Below are positions 37,314 through 46,063 of a stretch of DNA of 64,000 nt, piece after piece (within the stretch, counting starts at the first letter, position 1; each line of letters begins with the position of its first letter). The stretch is from Escherichia phage LHE83: sequence record OQ561750, one strand, 5' to 3'. Made by a program: the position numbers and the translations under genes. The notes below the pieces were generated by a model. The model saw nothing but the letters and a program-made list of their open reading frames with translations, had not been told where the DNA came from and did no database searches.

Positions 37314-37483
37314 GTCTGAGTAAAGAACAGAAAGATAAATTGTTTGAGCTTATCCATGAGCTTATGGAACTCAACATAGAATGTGAATTTGATAACTCTC
37401 TGGATTGGGATTGGAGAGGTGGTGAAGAGGATGAGTTTTCTAAAAAGGAAAATGAATTAATTGCTTATGTAAATAGTCTTTAA
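37310..37483 (+). CDS. Hypothetical acidic protein (57 aa)
   Basis: ATGA overlap start. Confidence 0.35.
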   Translation: MSLSKEQKDKLFELIHELMELNIECEFDNSLDWDWRGGEEDEFSKKENELIAYVNSL

Positions 37484-37492
37484 GAAGGTAAT

Positions 37493-38065
37493 ATGGCTCA
37501 ACTTTATTTTCATTATGCGGCGATGAATTCCGGGAAAACCGCTTCATTGCTAACGGCAGCTCATAACTACAAAGAACGTGGTATGGGCGTACTCCTTTTA
37601 AAGCCTGCGATAGACAATAGAGAATCAAGCCATAGCATTTCGTCTCGTATAGGGATTAGTCAAGAGGCTAATGCCGTGACTCCGGATATGGACCTATACG
37701 AGTTCTATCGTTGGGCTGAATCTCAAAAAGATATCCACTGCGTATTTGTGGATGAAGCACAGTTCTTAGAACCTGCACAGATAAAACAACTGGCAAAGAT
37801 AGTAGACAATTATAATGTTCCGGTTATGTGCTATGGGCTAAGAACTGATTTTCAGGGTAAACTGTTTCCTGGCTCTGCTGAATTACTCGCTACGGCAGAT
37901 AAACTCGTTGAGTACAAAGGTGTGTGCCATTGCGGCCGTAAAGCTACTATGACGGCTCGTATCCAAGATGGTATCGCAATTAAGGACGGAGCCCAAGTTT
38001 CTATAGGTGGCAACGATTCTTACGTGTCATTGTGCAGGAAGCACTGGATAGAAATAACGAGTTGA
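37493..38065 (+). CDS. tk: Thymidine kinase
   Basis: 190 aa; P-loop AMNSGKT, VDEAQF, C-terminal zinc ribbon CHCG...C..H. Confidence 0.85.
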   Translation: MAQLYFHYAAMNSGKTASLLTAAHNYKERGMGVLLLKPAIDNRESSHSISSRIGISQEANAVTPDMDLYEFYRWAESQKDIHCVFVDEAQFLEPAQIKQLAKIVDNYNVPVMCYGLRTDFQGKLFPGSAELLATADKLVEYKGVCHCGRKATMTARIQDGIAIKDGAQVSIGGNDSYVSLCRKHWIEITS

Positions 38066-38072
38066 GGGTACT

Positions 38073-38351
38073 ATGGACCTAAATTCAAAGATTTTAATTC
38101 TAGCGTTCGCTGTGGCTATTTCTTATATTGTTCTTTCGCCTATCATGGATGATGTGGCTTACAAAAGAGAGATAGAGGTTGTAGCAGCGACGTATAATGC
38201 TAATAATAAAGAGTGTCCTAATAAAAATGGGATGGATTTAATTAAAGCGCATTATATGCTTTCCATTACCTCGCCTATACAGAGGAATTGGGTTGAATAT
38301 AATTTTAACGACGTGTTCTATTCTTATTGTCGTAAGCTTAAAAAGCTATAA
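38073..38351 (+). CDS. Small membrane protein (92 aa)
   Basis: N-terminal TM helix ILILAFAVAISYIVLSPI. Confidence 0.45.
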   Translation: MDLNSKILILAFAVAISYIVLSPIMDDVAYKREIEVVAATYNANNKECPNKNGMDLIKAHYMLSITSPIQRNWVEYNFNDVFYSYCRKLKKL

Positions 38352-38354
38352 ATA
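38347..38354 (+). promoter_or_regulatory. Possible late promoter TATAAATA
   Basis: Exact octamer overlapping stop of 38073 gene, about 90 nt upstream of 38444; function uncertain. Confidence 0.3.
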
Positions 38355-38443
38355 ATAATACTAACCGTAGAGCTTTAGCTTTTGGTAATCGCTATCGGTT
38401 AAGGCCGAAAGGCAAATAGTATAAAACAACAAAGGACTTTTGT

Positions 38444-38737
38444 ATGGATATTTTCCGTACAGCGGCTTGTATCCTTATGGCGGGATGTTTAAGCCCTACA
38501 GTTTCACTAGCAAATGACACCAACGATAAATTGATGGATGCATTTGCTAGTAGTGCGATGCCTGTTTATGCGCAAATGAGTAGACCTAGCATAAAGGCCT
38601 CCGAAGACTATTGGGCCTACCTTAATGCTTCTTGGAAGGTATCAAGTTGTCAGACTATAGAAGCGTGCTCAATTGAAGGTCGTGCCATCGGAGAGCGTTA
38701 TGCAAAACTAATGAAGGTGGAAGATGAAGTTCAATGA
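38444..38737 (+). CDS. Putative lipoprotein (97 aa)
   Basis: Signal peptide with lipobox-like LMAGC. Confidence 0.45.
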   Translation: MDIFRTAACILMAGCLSPTVSLANDTNDKLMDAFASSAMPVYAQMSRPSIKASEDYWAYLNASWKVSSCQTIEACSIEGRAIGERYAKLMKVEDEVQ

Positions 38738-39107
38738 TTTCGTACCCGGTCGAGGGTCTGAAGTGGATTCTTATATTGGTTGGCTACTGGTTTCTTTAGC
38801 CTATTTTAAGTCAGCCCATTTAGAAACCAAAAGCTATGCAAGACACAAAGCATATGACTTCTATTATGTAGAAGTTCAAGGACCACTGGACCAATTTAGT
38901 GAGCAATATCTTGGATTCAGTGGCAAAGAATATAAAGCATCATTACCGTCTGCTTCAGACTTGCCTAAGGACCCGGTAGATTTTCTTGACGAGCTTCTTA
39001 AAGCATCTGATAAAATCTATGATACACTTCCTAAGGCCATCCAGTCGACTTTGGACGATATCACTGGTGTCTTTTACCAGACTAAGTATTTGTTGACGTT
39101 AGAATAA
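38724..39107 (+). CDS. Hypothetical protein (127 aa)
   Basis: ORF overlapping upstream stop; followed by terminator. Confidence 0.45.
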   Translation: MKFNDFVPGRGSEVDSYIGWLLVSLAYFKSAHLETKSYARHKAYDFYYVEVQGPLDQFSEQYLGFSGKEYKASLPSASDLPKDPVDFLDELLKASDKIYDTLPKAIQSTLDDITGVFYQTKYLLTLE

Positions 39108-39112
39108 TCAAA

Positions 39113-39138
39113 GGTCTCACTTCGGTGGGACCTTTTTT
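39113..39138 (+). terminator. Intrinsic terminator (GGTCTCAC-TTCG-GTGGGACC + T6)
   Basis: 8-bp stem, TTCG tetraloop, T-run. Confidence 0.7.
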
Positions 39139-39147
39139 CGTTTAGGT

Positions 39148-39176
39148 GTTTACATCCTCTAGGAACATGATACTAT
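39148..39176 (+). promoter_or_regulatory. Early promoter (GTTTAC-N17-TACTAT) with TATAGACCTATCAA box
   Basis: Same cassette as 20003/23887/29166. Confidence 0.55.
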
Positions 39177-39204
39177 AGACCTATCAACTAATGAGGAGAA
39201 CAGT

Positions 39205-39441
39205 ATGAAACTTACAAGTACTACGGTTTCATTAGAATATGAAATCAACGGTCGTATCCTTGAGATTAAGATATTCGACGACCGAAGTATCTTCGCTGAT
39301 TATCGAGGATACAGAATTCGTCTAGAAAAGGACGAGCTCAAGGAACCGTGGCTCCTTAAAGACACATTAAAGGGTTGTGGATGTAAACTGAAGACTACCC
39401 AAGCCCAAGAATTAATTTCTACTATCAACAAATACTGGTGA
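39205..39441 (+). CDS. Hypothetical protein (78 aa)
   Basis: ATG after GAGGAGAA SD. Confidence 0.45.
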   Translation: MKLTSTTVSLEYEINGRILEIKIFDDRSIFADYRGYRIRLEKDELKEPWLLKDTLKGCGCKLKTTQAQELISTINKYW

Positions 39442-39445
39442 TATT

Positions 39446-39628
39446 ATGTTAACTACTGAACAGATTGAACAAATCCTTAAACTAGCTACTGCTATTGAAC
39501 GTGATTCTTATGATAGTGCAGTAGAACATTGCGAAGGCTATTCATATTCCGGAATAGAGCAGTGTAAACGAGATTTGGCTAATTCTAAAGCGGCCTTGGT
39601 TGAGTATCTTAATGAGTTGAAAGCATAA
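39446..39628 (+). CDS. Hypothetical protein (60 aa)
   Basis: ORF 4 nt after previous stop. Confidence 0.4.
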   Translation: MLTTEQIEQILKLATAIERDSYDSAVEHCEGYSYSGIEQCKRDLANSKAALVEYLNELKA

Positions 39629-39653
39629 TGGCTGATGGCACAGGAGCCTGAAG

Positions 39654-39749
39654 ATGATTTATTACTTAGAACCCTGGGCTTGGTCAACAATGATTATAGG
39701 CCCTATTTTAATCGGTTTATTCTTTTCATGGTTAGCGAGGAAATTGTAA
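39654..39749 (+). CDS. Unannotated hydrophobic micro-ORF (31 aa, MIYYLEPWAWSTMIIGPILIGLFFSWLARKL)
   Basis: Below ORF-track cutoff; GGAG SD 8 nt upstream; stop TAA overlaps next ATG (TAAATG). Confidence 0.35.
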   Translation: MIYYLEPWAWSTMIIGPILIGLFFSWLARKL

Positions 39750-39947
39750 ATGTTATACGATCCAAATGGTTGTTCTGAAGATGGTGTGATTGCCCTTTTA
39801 GCAGATGTTGAAGAATCTGACGATGACGTCTTTGTTAAAGATTGGGAAGAAAAAGGTGGAATTACGCTCCAACAAGAAAATGATATGATTTGTCTGAATG
39901 CAGACCAAGTCGAAGAGCTTTATAGTATTTTAAAACATAACCGTTGA
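39750..39947 (+). CDS. Hypothetical acidic protein (65 aa)
   Basis: ORF in compact array. Confidence 0.4.
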   Translation: MLYDPNGCSEDGVIALLADVEESDDDVFVKDWEEKGGITLQQENDMICLNADQVEELYSILKHNR

Positions 39948-39957
39948 GGAATAGAAA

Positions 39958-40518
39958 ATGATTATTGAAACAACTGAATTGTTTGGCGAACTGTCCGCTG
40001 AAGTAGTTAATAACGCAATTGAGCTTTCACAAGAAGACGATAAAATCGTACTGACTATCGCTGATATTAAACCGCTTTATGATTTAATGGTTTTAGATAG
40101 ACACGATTATCTTAACGGTCGACATAGCGCTCCTATCGATATCAATGATGGTGTGTTTGCCTATATCTATAAAAATGAAACTGGGTTTAATCTGGAAAAT
40201 GGTATTGAATGTCTGAGCATCAGCGATTCTGATAAATTCTTTGATTGTATTTTCAAACTGTTCCAGGAAGAATGCAAGCCAGAAGTTGAATGGAAAGTCC
40301 CAGGTCAAGATGCACTGATTCGTTCTAGTGAAACGTTTGAAGGCGATGAAGAGGAATTAGATTATAATACTGAACTGACTGTGCTTCAACATCAGGGTCG
40401 TGATTTGCTATCCTTGACCCAAAGACACGATGGTGAAAGTGAAGTGGTATTTACTAAGGATGAGCTCAAAGCTTTAGTCTCTTATCTGAACTCTGTTATC
40501 CCAACTATGAACTCTTAA
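39958..40518 (+). CDS. Hypothetical acidic protein (186 aa)
   Basis: ORF with GAGGAA SD. Confidence 0.45.
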   Translation: MIIETTELFGELSAEVVNNAIELSQEDDKIVLTIADIKPLYDLMVLDRHDYLNGRHSAPIDINDGVFAYIYKNETGFNLENGIECLSISDSDKFFDCIFKLFQEECKPEVEWKVPGQDALIRSSETFEGDEEELDYNTELTVLQHQGRDLLSLTQRHDGESEVVFTKDELKALVSYLNSVIPTMNS

Positions 40519-40528
40519 GGAAAATATT

Positions 40529-40981
40529 ATGATTATCAATGCAAACTCTTGGCACGTTAAATTACACGACCGTTTTTATGACCGTCATTCTCGACCACAC
40601 TCTTTGTGTGCTTACTTCTGGAAAATGGTTTGGGCTTGTTTTGCTTGTGCTGTTGTTGCAGGTAGTACGCTTTTTGGATTAACTGTTGCAGGTGTTGGTG
40701 TATTAGAGCATTTCTTTGTATTAAGTACCCCTGTTCTGTTGAGTCTAGGGTTTGTTTTAGGATTGGTTGCAATAGCTCTTATTATTGCGCTATCCATTGG
40801 TTTGGCATTCGGTGTGATGAATTTACACTCATGGTATGATTTACGTAAAGAAGAAAAGGAATGGCAACTAATTAAAGCTAAACGTGAAGGAAAGGAAATT
40901 AAAGAAAACATTGTTATCCAATATATCAAAGCTCGTAAATCTAAGGTCTGTCCGGTAATCCACTTCGAGGACAAAGAATGA
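40529..40981 (+). CDS. Membrane protein (150 aa)
   Basis: Two or three TM helices (FACAVVAGSTLFGLTVAGVGVL; LLSLGFVLGLVAIALIIALSIGLAFGV). Confidence 0.5.
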   Translation: MIINANSWHVKLHDRFYDRHSRPHSLCAYFWKMVWACFACAVVAGSTLFGLTVAGVGVLEHFFVLSTPVLLSLGFVLGLVAIALIIALSIGLAFGVMNLHSWYDLRKEEKEWQLIKAKREGKEIKENIVIQYIKARKSKVCPVIHFEDKE

Positions 40982-41988
40982 GAACAGTTATGAAAGGCTA
41001 CTTCGGTAGCCACCTTTATGGAACAAGTACTCCAGAATCTGATGTCGATTTTAAAGAAATCTTTGTTCCACATCCGCGTGATATTCTGTTAGGTACGGCT
41101 ATGAACCATACCAACCTGAACACGAATAACACTGCTTCCAAAAACACCAAAGATGATGTAGACCATGAGCTTTACAGTCTGAAATATTTCTTTAAACTAG
41201 CGGCTGAAGGTGAAACCGTTGCTCTGGATATGCTTCACACTCCACCTGAACTAGTGGTTAAATCTGATTTACCTGATGTATGGAAATTTATCCAAGACAA
41301 CCGTTCTCGGTTCTATACAACCAACATGAAAGCCTATTTAGGGTACGTCCGTAAGCAAGCTTCTAAATATGGTGTTAAAGGTTCTCGTCTGGCTGCTCTG
41401 CGTGGTGTACTGGCAATCGTTAACCAGATTCCTGAACAGTGGATTGATTACCAAGAAGATGGTTCTACTAAACAACGTCGCACTAAGGTAGAAGATATCA
41501 AACATCGACTCCCTGAAAATGAGTTCTGTGAATGGGCATTCCATAACCATGAGAAAACAGGTCCTCAAACGTTCTATACTGTTCTCGGACGTAAATACCA
41601 AACCACTCTGTCATTAATCGAGCTCAAGCAATCTCTGAATAAGCTTGATGCCGAATATGGTGAACGTGCTCGTAAGGCTGAAGCTAACGAAGGTATTGAC
41701 TGGAAAGCTCTGAGCCATGCTTATCGTGCTGGTTATCAGTTGAAGGAAATCTATCAAACTGGTGACCTTCAATATCCTTTACGTACAGCGCCGTTTATCC
41801 TTGAAATCAAACAAGGGCTTCATGCTTTTAAAGATGTACAGGCCGAACTTGAAGCTATCGTTGATGAAGTCGAAACTAATGCTATCTGGGCCGCTAAGAA
41901 CGGTATGCCTGAGAAGGTAGACATGAAGTTCTGGGACAAGTTCGTTGAGCAGGTTTACCTAGAAAACCATAACTCGTATTATAAATGA
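40978..41988 (+). CDS. Pol-beta-superfamily nucleotidyltransferase-like protein (336 aa)
   Basis: N-terminal signature FGS-x10-DVD-F (GSHLYGTSTPESDVDF) = hG[GS]x9-13Dh[DE]h; ATGA overlap with upstream gene. Confidence 0.55.
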   Translation: MRTVMKGYFGSHLYGTSTPESDVDFKEIFVPHPRDILLGTAMNHTNLNTNNTASKNTKDDVDHELYSLKYFFKLAAEGETVALDMLHTPPELVVKSDLPDVWKFIQDNRSRFYTTNMKAYLGYVRKQASKYGVKGSRLAALRGVLAIVNQIPEQWIDYQEDGSTKQRRTKVEDIKHRLPENEFCEWAFHNHEKTGPQTFYTVLGRKYQTTLSLIELKQSLNKLDAEYGERARKAEANEGIDWKALSHAYRAGYQLKEIYQTGDLQYPLRTAPFILEIKQGLHAFKDVQAELEAIVDEVETNAIWAAKNGMPEKVDMKFWDKFVEQVYLENHNSYYK

Positions 41989-41992
41989 TAAA

Positions 41993-42010
41993 GGCCTTCG
42001 GGCCTTTTTT
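41993..42010 (+). terminator. Intrinsic terminator (AGGCC-TTCG-GGCCT + T6)
   Basis: Hairpin and T-run immediately after stop. Confidence 0.6.
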
Positions 42011-42029
42011 GGGTTTAGTGCAAAAAAGA

Positions 42030-42058
42030 GTTTACACTCTCGTAGAGCATGTTATTAT
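42030..42058 (+). promoter_or_regulatory. Early promoter (GTTTAC-N17-TATTAT)
   Basis: Hexamers plus GGACCTATCAA box. Confidence 0.5.
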
Positions 42059-42095
42059 GGACCTATCAAATCTACTGAGTGAAATGGAGAATATA

Positions 42096-43076
42096 ATGTT
42101 AACTATCAAAATCAACAAAGGTATCTATCGCGGTAATGTAATCTCTGGTACGTTCATGAGTTCAGGTAAAACCTGGTTCCCTAATAAAATTCATGAATCA
42201 GAAGCTCACCTCGGTGACGGCAAGGTATTCGTACAGATTGATGGTGTTGAACGTGGTGTATGGGTGTTCAAATGTGACGTTGAAATGGAAGGTGCTGAAG
42301 CTCCTGCAGTTGTTACTGAATCCGCTGAAGAAATGAAACATCGCATTAACAAACGTTTTAAAGTAATGAACATGATGACCAACGGAATCATCGATGGTAA
42401 AATTCGTTCCCTTATCATCTCTGGTGCCGCAGGTATTGGTAAAACGTATTCTTTGGATAAAGCATTACAAAATGCCCACGAAAATGAAACTATCGAATAT
42501 AAATCAATCAACGGAAAGATTAGTGGAATCGGTCTTTACGAGCAGCTTTGGAATAACCGCGGCCCTAATAGTGTTCTTCTTATTGATGATGTTGATGTAT
42601 TCTCTGATATGGATATCCTGAACCTGTTAAAAGCAGCATTGGATACCGGTGAAAAACGTAAGGTGTGCTGGAGCACTTCAAGTTCTTACCTCGATGATAA
42701 AAACATCGATAAAGAATTCGAATACGAAGGCACCATCGTGTTCATCACCAACGTTGATATCGACCGTGAATTAGAGCGTGGAACTAAACTTGCTCCACAC
42801 CTCCAGGCTTTAGTATCTCGTTCAGTTTACTTAGACCTCGGAGTTCACTCTAACGAAGAGATTATGGTCCGTGTTGAAGACGTTATCCTGTCCACTGATA
42901 TGATGCAAAACCGTGGTCTGACTGATGCCGAGACTTATCAAGCACTGTCCTGGATGAAGGCTAATGTATCTCGTCTTCGTAACGTATCATTACGTACAGC
43001 TCTTTATCTGGCGGACTTCATTGCCACCGATAAAAATGACTGGAGCGAAATCGCTGAAGTTACACTTCTGAAATAA
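42096..43076 (+). CDS. AAA/P-loop ATPase-like protein (326 aa)
   Basis: Walker A GAAGIGKT and Walker B VLLIDDVD; ATG after GGAGAATATA SD. Confidence 0.55.
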   Translation: MLTIKINKGIYRGNVISGTFMSSGKTWFPNKIHESEAHLGDGKVFVQIDGVERGVWVFKCDVEMEGAEAPAVVTESAEEMKHRINKRFKVMNMMTNGIIDGKIRSLIISGAAGIGKTYSLDKALQNAHENETIEYKSINGKISGIGLYEQLWNNRGPNSVLLIDDVDVFSDMDILNLLKAALDTGEKRKVCWSTSSSYLDDKNIDKEFEYEGTIVFITNVDIDRELERGTKLAPHLQALVSRSVYLDLGVHSNEEIMVRVEDVILSTDMMQNRGLTDAETYQALSWMKANVSRLRNVSLRTALYLADFIATDKNDWSEIAEVTLLK

Positions 43077-43086
43077 AGGTGAAATT

Positions 43087-43428
43087 ATGTTCGAACAATT
43101 TATTTACAATCTTTATAACGCAGGTCAGACTTTTTCCAAAGCCATGAAACAGTCTGTTGAAGACTATATTAATGAATGTAGTACTAAGTTTTCTGAGAAA
43201 TTCTATAAAAATCCGTGTAGTGGAGGAGACTTCAGGAGACTGCGCTTGGCCGTTAACACCCGGGCCTTAATAAATCTAGACCGCAAGCAGGTAAAGTTGG
43301 CAGGCGACTTCCGAGATGAACTCTGCGCCATCAGGAATGAATATCGCATTCGTATTGAACACCAACGGAAAGAGAACACTCAATCCGCATGGTTTAGTGG
43401 TCAAGCCGGTGAAAAAAGTTTCTATTAG
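43087..43428 (+). CDS. Hypothetical protein (113 aa)
   Basis: ORF with AGGTGA SD. Confidence 0.45.
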   Translation: MFEQFIYNLYNAGQTFSKAMKQSVEDYINECSTKFSEKFYKNPCSGGDFRRLRLAVNTRALINLDRKQVKLAGDFRDELCAIRNEYRIRIEHQRKENTQSAWFSGQAGEKSFY

Positions 43429-43430
43429 TT

Positions 43431-43459
43431 GTTTACATCTCCAGTAGAAATGATACTAT
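43431..43459 (+). promoter_or_regulatory. Early promoter (GTTTAC-N17-TACTAT) inside inverted repeat CTCCAGTAG/CTACTGGAG
   Basis: Same cassette architecture as 35241. Confidence 0.55.
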
Positions 43460-43485
43460 AGACCTATCAACTACTGGAGGTTATC

Positions 43486-44010
43486 ATGAACGCTAAAGAT
43501 ATTTTTTCACTGATTAATTTCAACAACGGTAATTTCAAATCTGAAAAACAAAGCAAGTTCTTTAATGATGTTGCTTGTGGTAATGAGATTACCGTATCTG
43601 GAGGAGAGATTTACAAAAGCCGTTGGAACTGGATTGTTATCATCGATTCAGTTGGTATTGTAGAGCTCTATAAAAACACTAACAAAAAACGTACTCTTCA
43701 CTGGAGTCGTGAAACCAATCAAGCTTATCAAGCTGAACGTAACAAACGTTTAATGCCTACCGAATCCGACCTGGCAAACGTTAAATCTGATATCGCTTAT
43801 TTCGATAATCTGATTGCAGAGGAACAAGCGGTTATTGATAAGTTTGACGAAATCAAAGCTTGTAAAGAGATTCCTGAATTTATGCGGGAATCAGTAAATG
43901 AACAGTACGCCCTCACTTCAGGTCGTATCGAGCAGTACAAATCGCAACGAGCTGAACGCCAAGCTCTGCTTCAGAAATTTGAAGAGCGTTTAAAGACGGT
44001 TCTCGCATAA
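43486..44010 (+). CDS. Hypothetical protein (174 aa)
   Basis: ORF downstream of promoter. Confidence 0.45.
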   Translation: MNAKDIFSLINFNNGNFKSEKQSKFFNDVACGNEITVSGGEIYKSRWNWIVIIDSVGIVELYKNTNKKRTLHWSRETNQAYQAERNKRLMPTESDLANVKSDIAYFDNLIAEEQAVIDKFDEIKACKEIPEFMRESVNEQYALTSGRIEQYKSQRAERQALLQKFEERLKTVLA

Positions 44011-44073
44011 ACGCTTTATACCAAGGATGGTATAATGGTTTTAGGTTCTTAATTACTTACTGAGGAAATTATT

Positions 44074-44916
44074 ATGTCACAGGCAATTAATCAAATTCGT
44101 TCTGAAGTTAAAAAAGTTGTTAAATTTGGTCGTATTCCGAGTTCTAAAGAAGTGGTTGAAAAGGTTCTATATATGATGTGGGACAAGTTCAATGTTTGTA
44201 CTGTTAAAGATGACTTCACTAAAATCTTTGATAAGACCAGGTCGTTTACCTTAGAAGACCGGGTCATGAAAACTCTTCGTAAAACAGGTATGTTGTCTCG
44301 TGCTAATGCCAAAATTATTCTTAAAAATTATAACAAAGGCTACGACCTCTATGGTCGTTTAATCCCGGCGATGTCATTTGACGAAGTGGTTCAAGACCTT
44401 CATGCCAACCAACGACGTCTACTAGCACTAGGTGCTCGCCTTGCAAAAGGTCAAGATAAACAAATGACCTTTAAGACTAATGGTTCAGGTGATTGGATTA
44501 TCTTTAGTATTGTTAACCACCCCAGAAATGAAAATGAGTATACCATTTCAACTTTTAGTGGTTGTCAATATGACAACTGGAAGTTCCATCTCCGATTAGC
44601 CTTGTCCGAATTAGAACAGCACGGTGTTCTTGGTTTTGGTGATGCCGAAACTGGGGTGGGTCAGCGTATTAAACTTTATAAAATTAAAGACCTGGCTGAA
44701 GAGCATTCAGAACAAGCTCCTAAACCGGAACCTGTGCCAGTGCGCAGCAATGAGAAGCATCAAGCCCAGATTGAGTATTTTAGCAATTTGCTTACTTGCT
44801 TGAATGTTACAATTCAACAACAAGATGATGAGATTTTCCGACTCTCTGGTCTGAATGCTAAAGCCAAGGCTGAACGTCAAAAATATATCGATATCCTAAA
44901 TCTTCTTAAGGATTAA
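44074..44916 (+). CDS. Hypothetical protein (280 aa), N-terminus MSQAINQ
   Basis: Leader ACTGAGGAAATTATTATGTCACA shared with gene at 51269. Confidence 0.5.
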   Translation: MSQAINQIRSEVKKVVKFGRIPSSKEVVEKVLYMMWDKFNVCTVKDDFTKIFDKTRSFTLEDRVMKTLRKTGMLSRANAKIILKNYNKGYDLYGRLIPAMSFDEVVQDLHANQRRLLALGARLAKGQDKQMTFKTNGSGDWIIFSIVNHPRNENEYTISTFSGCQYDNWKFHLRLALSELEQHGVLGFGDAETGVGQRIKLYKIKDLAEEHSEQAPKPEPVPVRSNEKHQAQIEYFSNLLTCLNVTIQQQDDEIFRLSGLNAKAKAERQKYIDILNLLKD

Positions 44917-44918
44917 TT

Positions 44919-45134
44919 ATGGAAATTATTGGTTTTATTCTTGCTTATCTTGTGATAGGATTTATTACTGCTTTGATTGCGCATAAAACAGGCGCGTGGA
45001 ACCCGGTTAAAATTGAATCAAGCTATGATGCGGTATTCATTACATTTGTATGGCCAGTATTTTGCTTTGCCTGGTTATGTATGCTAATTCTGTGGCCTAT
45101 CGCTAAACTCTATGAAAAATTATTTGGACTCTGA
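44919..45134 (+). CDS. Small membrane protein (71 aa)
   Basis: Two TM helices. Confidence 0.45.
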   Translation: MEIIGFILAYLVIGFITALIAHKTGAWNPVKIESSYDAVFITFVWPVFCFAWLCMLILWPIAKLYEKLFGL

Positions 45135-45135
45135 T

Positions 45136-46005
45136 ATGAACATTAAAACACGTAAAGAATATTCCATCTATGACCATGACACGACTCGTCGTATCGCTAT
45201 CGATCGGCTGGCAGACTTTGGCCATATTTGTAATGGTAATTATACTTATGGTGTAGGTCGTAAAGGGACTTATATTAGTTCTTTGAACGATTATTGCCGT
45301 TGCCCTGCTCATTTATTTGGTGCAACACTGCGAGCTAATATCAAAGACCTCTTGGCTACCGCAGGACGTATTTCTACGGTTCCTGTCAATATCAAGAATA
45401 TTAATTTTACGGCTCGTAACCTAGTCATTAATATTCTGCCTGACGGTATTCAAGTTCGTTTCCGTCCCACCTCAAAAGGCAATAAGGCTCTTCGTGAAGC
45501 ATTCGAAACCTTATTCAGGGAAGCAATGACTCGTATTAAGGCAGTAGAATCATATAAAGTTACAACCGATGAATATGCTGATTGTTTTGAGCGGGCTGAT
45601 GCAGTTTATTTTAATATTAAACTAACTCGTGAATATCTTTTGTCTTATGCCCCTTATCAATCCCAACAAAAGGAACCACAAATGGAACGTCGTATCTCTG
45701 CAGTATCATGTGACAGCGTAGGCCAGTATGCAGCCTATGACAAATTCAAAACCACTGCTGTACCAAGCCCATTCAATTCCGAACCGTATCATTGGAAAAT
45801 TAAACCTGATAATTCTTTGGTTATTACTAACCCTACGATGAAACCTATCGAGAAGTATCATGAGGACCACCTCCAGGAATCAATCCACCGTTTAAACGGC
45901 CAGATCGAAGATGAGAAAAAGAGTATTCAAGACGTATTGATTCGCATCAAGAACATGGAACTCCAGCGTGACAAGCTCCGCGCGGCAGTATTAGCTCTAA
46001 AATAA
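45136..46005 (+). CDS. Hypothetical protein (289 aa)
   Basis: Internal ATG 1 nt after upstream stop. Confidence 0.45.
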   Translation: MNIKTRKEYSIYDHDTTRRIAIDRLADFGHICNGNYTYGVGRKGTYISSLNDYCRCPAHLFGATLRANIKDLLATAGRISTVPVNIKNINFTARNLVINILPDGIQVRFRPTSKGNKALREAFETLFREAMTRIKAVESYKVTTDEYADCFERADAVYFNIKLTREYLLSYAPYQSQQKEPQMERRISAVSCDSVGQYAAYDKFKTTAVPSPFNSEPYHWKIKPDNSLVITNPTMKPIEKYHEDHLQESIHRLNGQIEDEKKSIQDVLIRIKNMELQRDKLRAAVLALK

Positions 46006-46006
46006 T

Positions 46007-46036
46007 GTTTACATCCAAGGACGGATGGAGTATAAT
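46007..46036 (+). promoter_or_regulatory. Early promoter (GTTTAC-N18-TATAAT)
   Basis: Consensus hexamers seen. Confidence 0.55.
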
Positions 46037-46063
46037 CTTTTTAAATCTACTGAGGAGAATATC

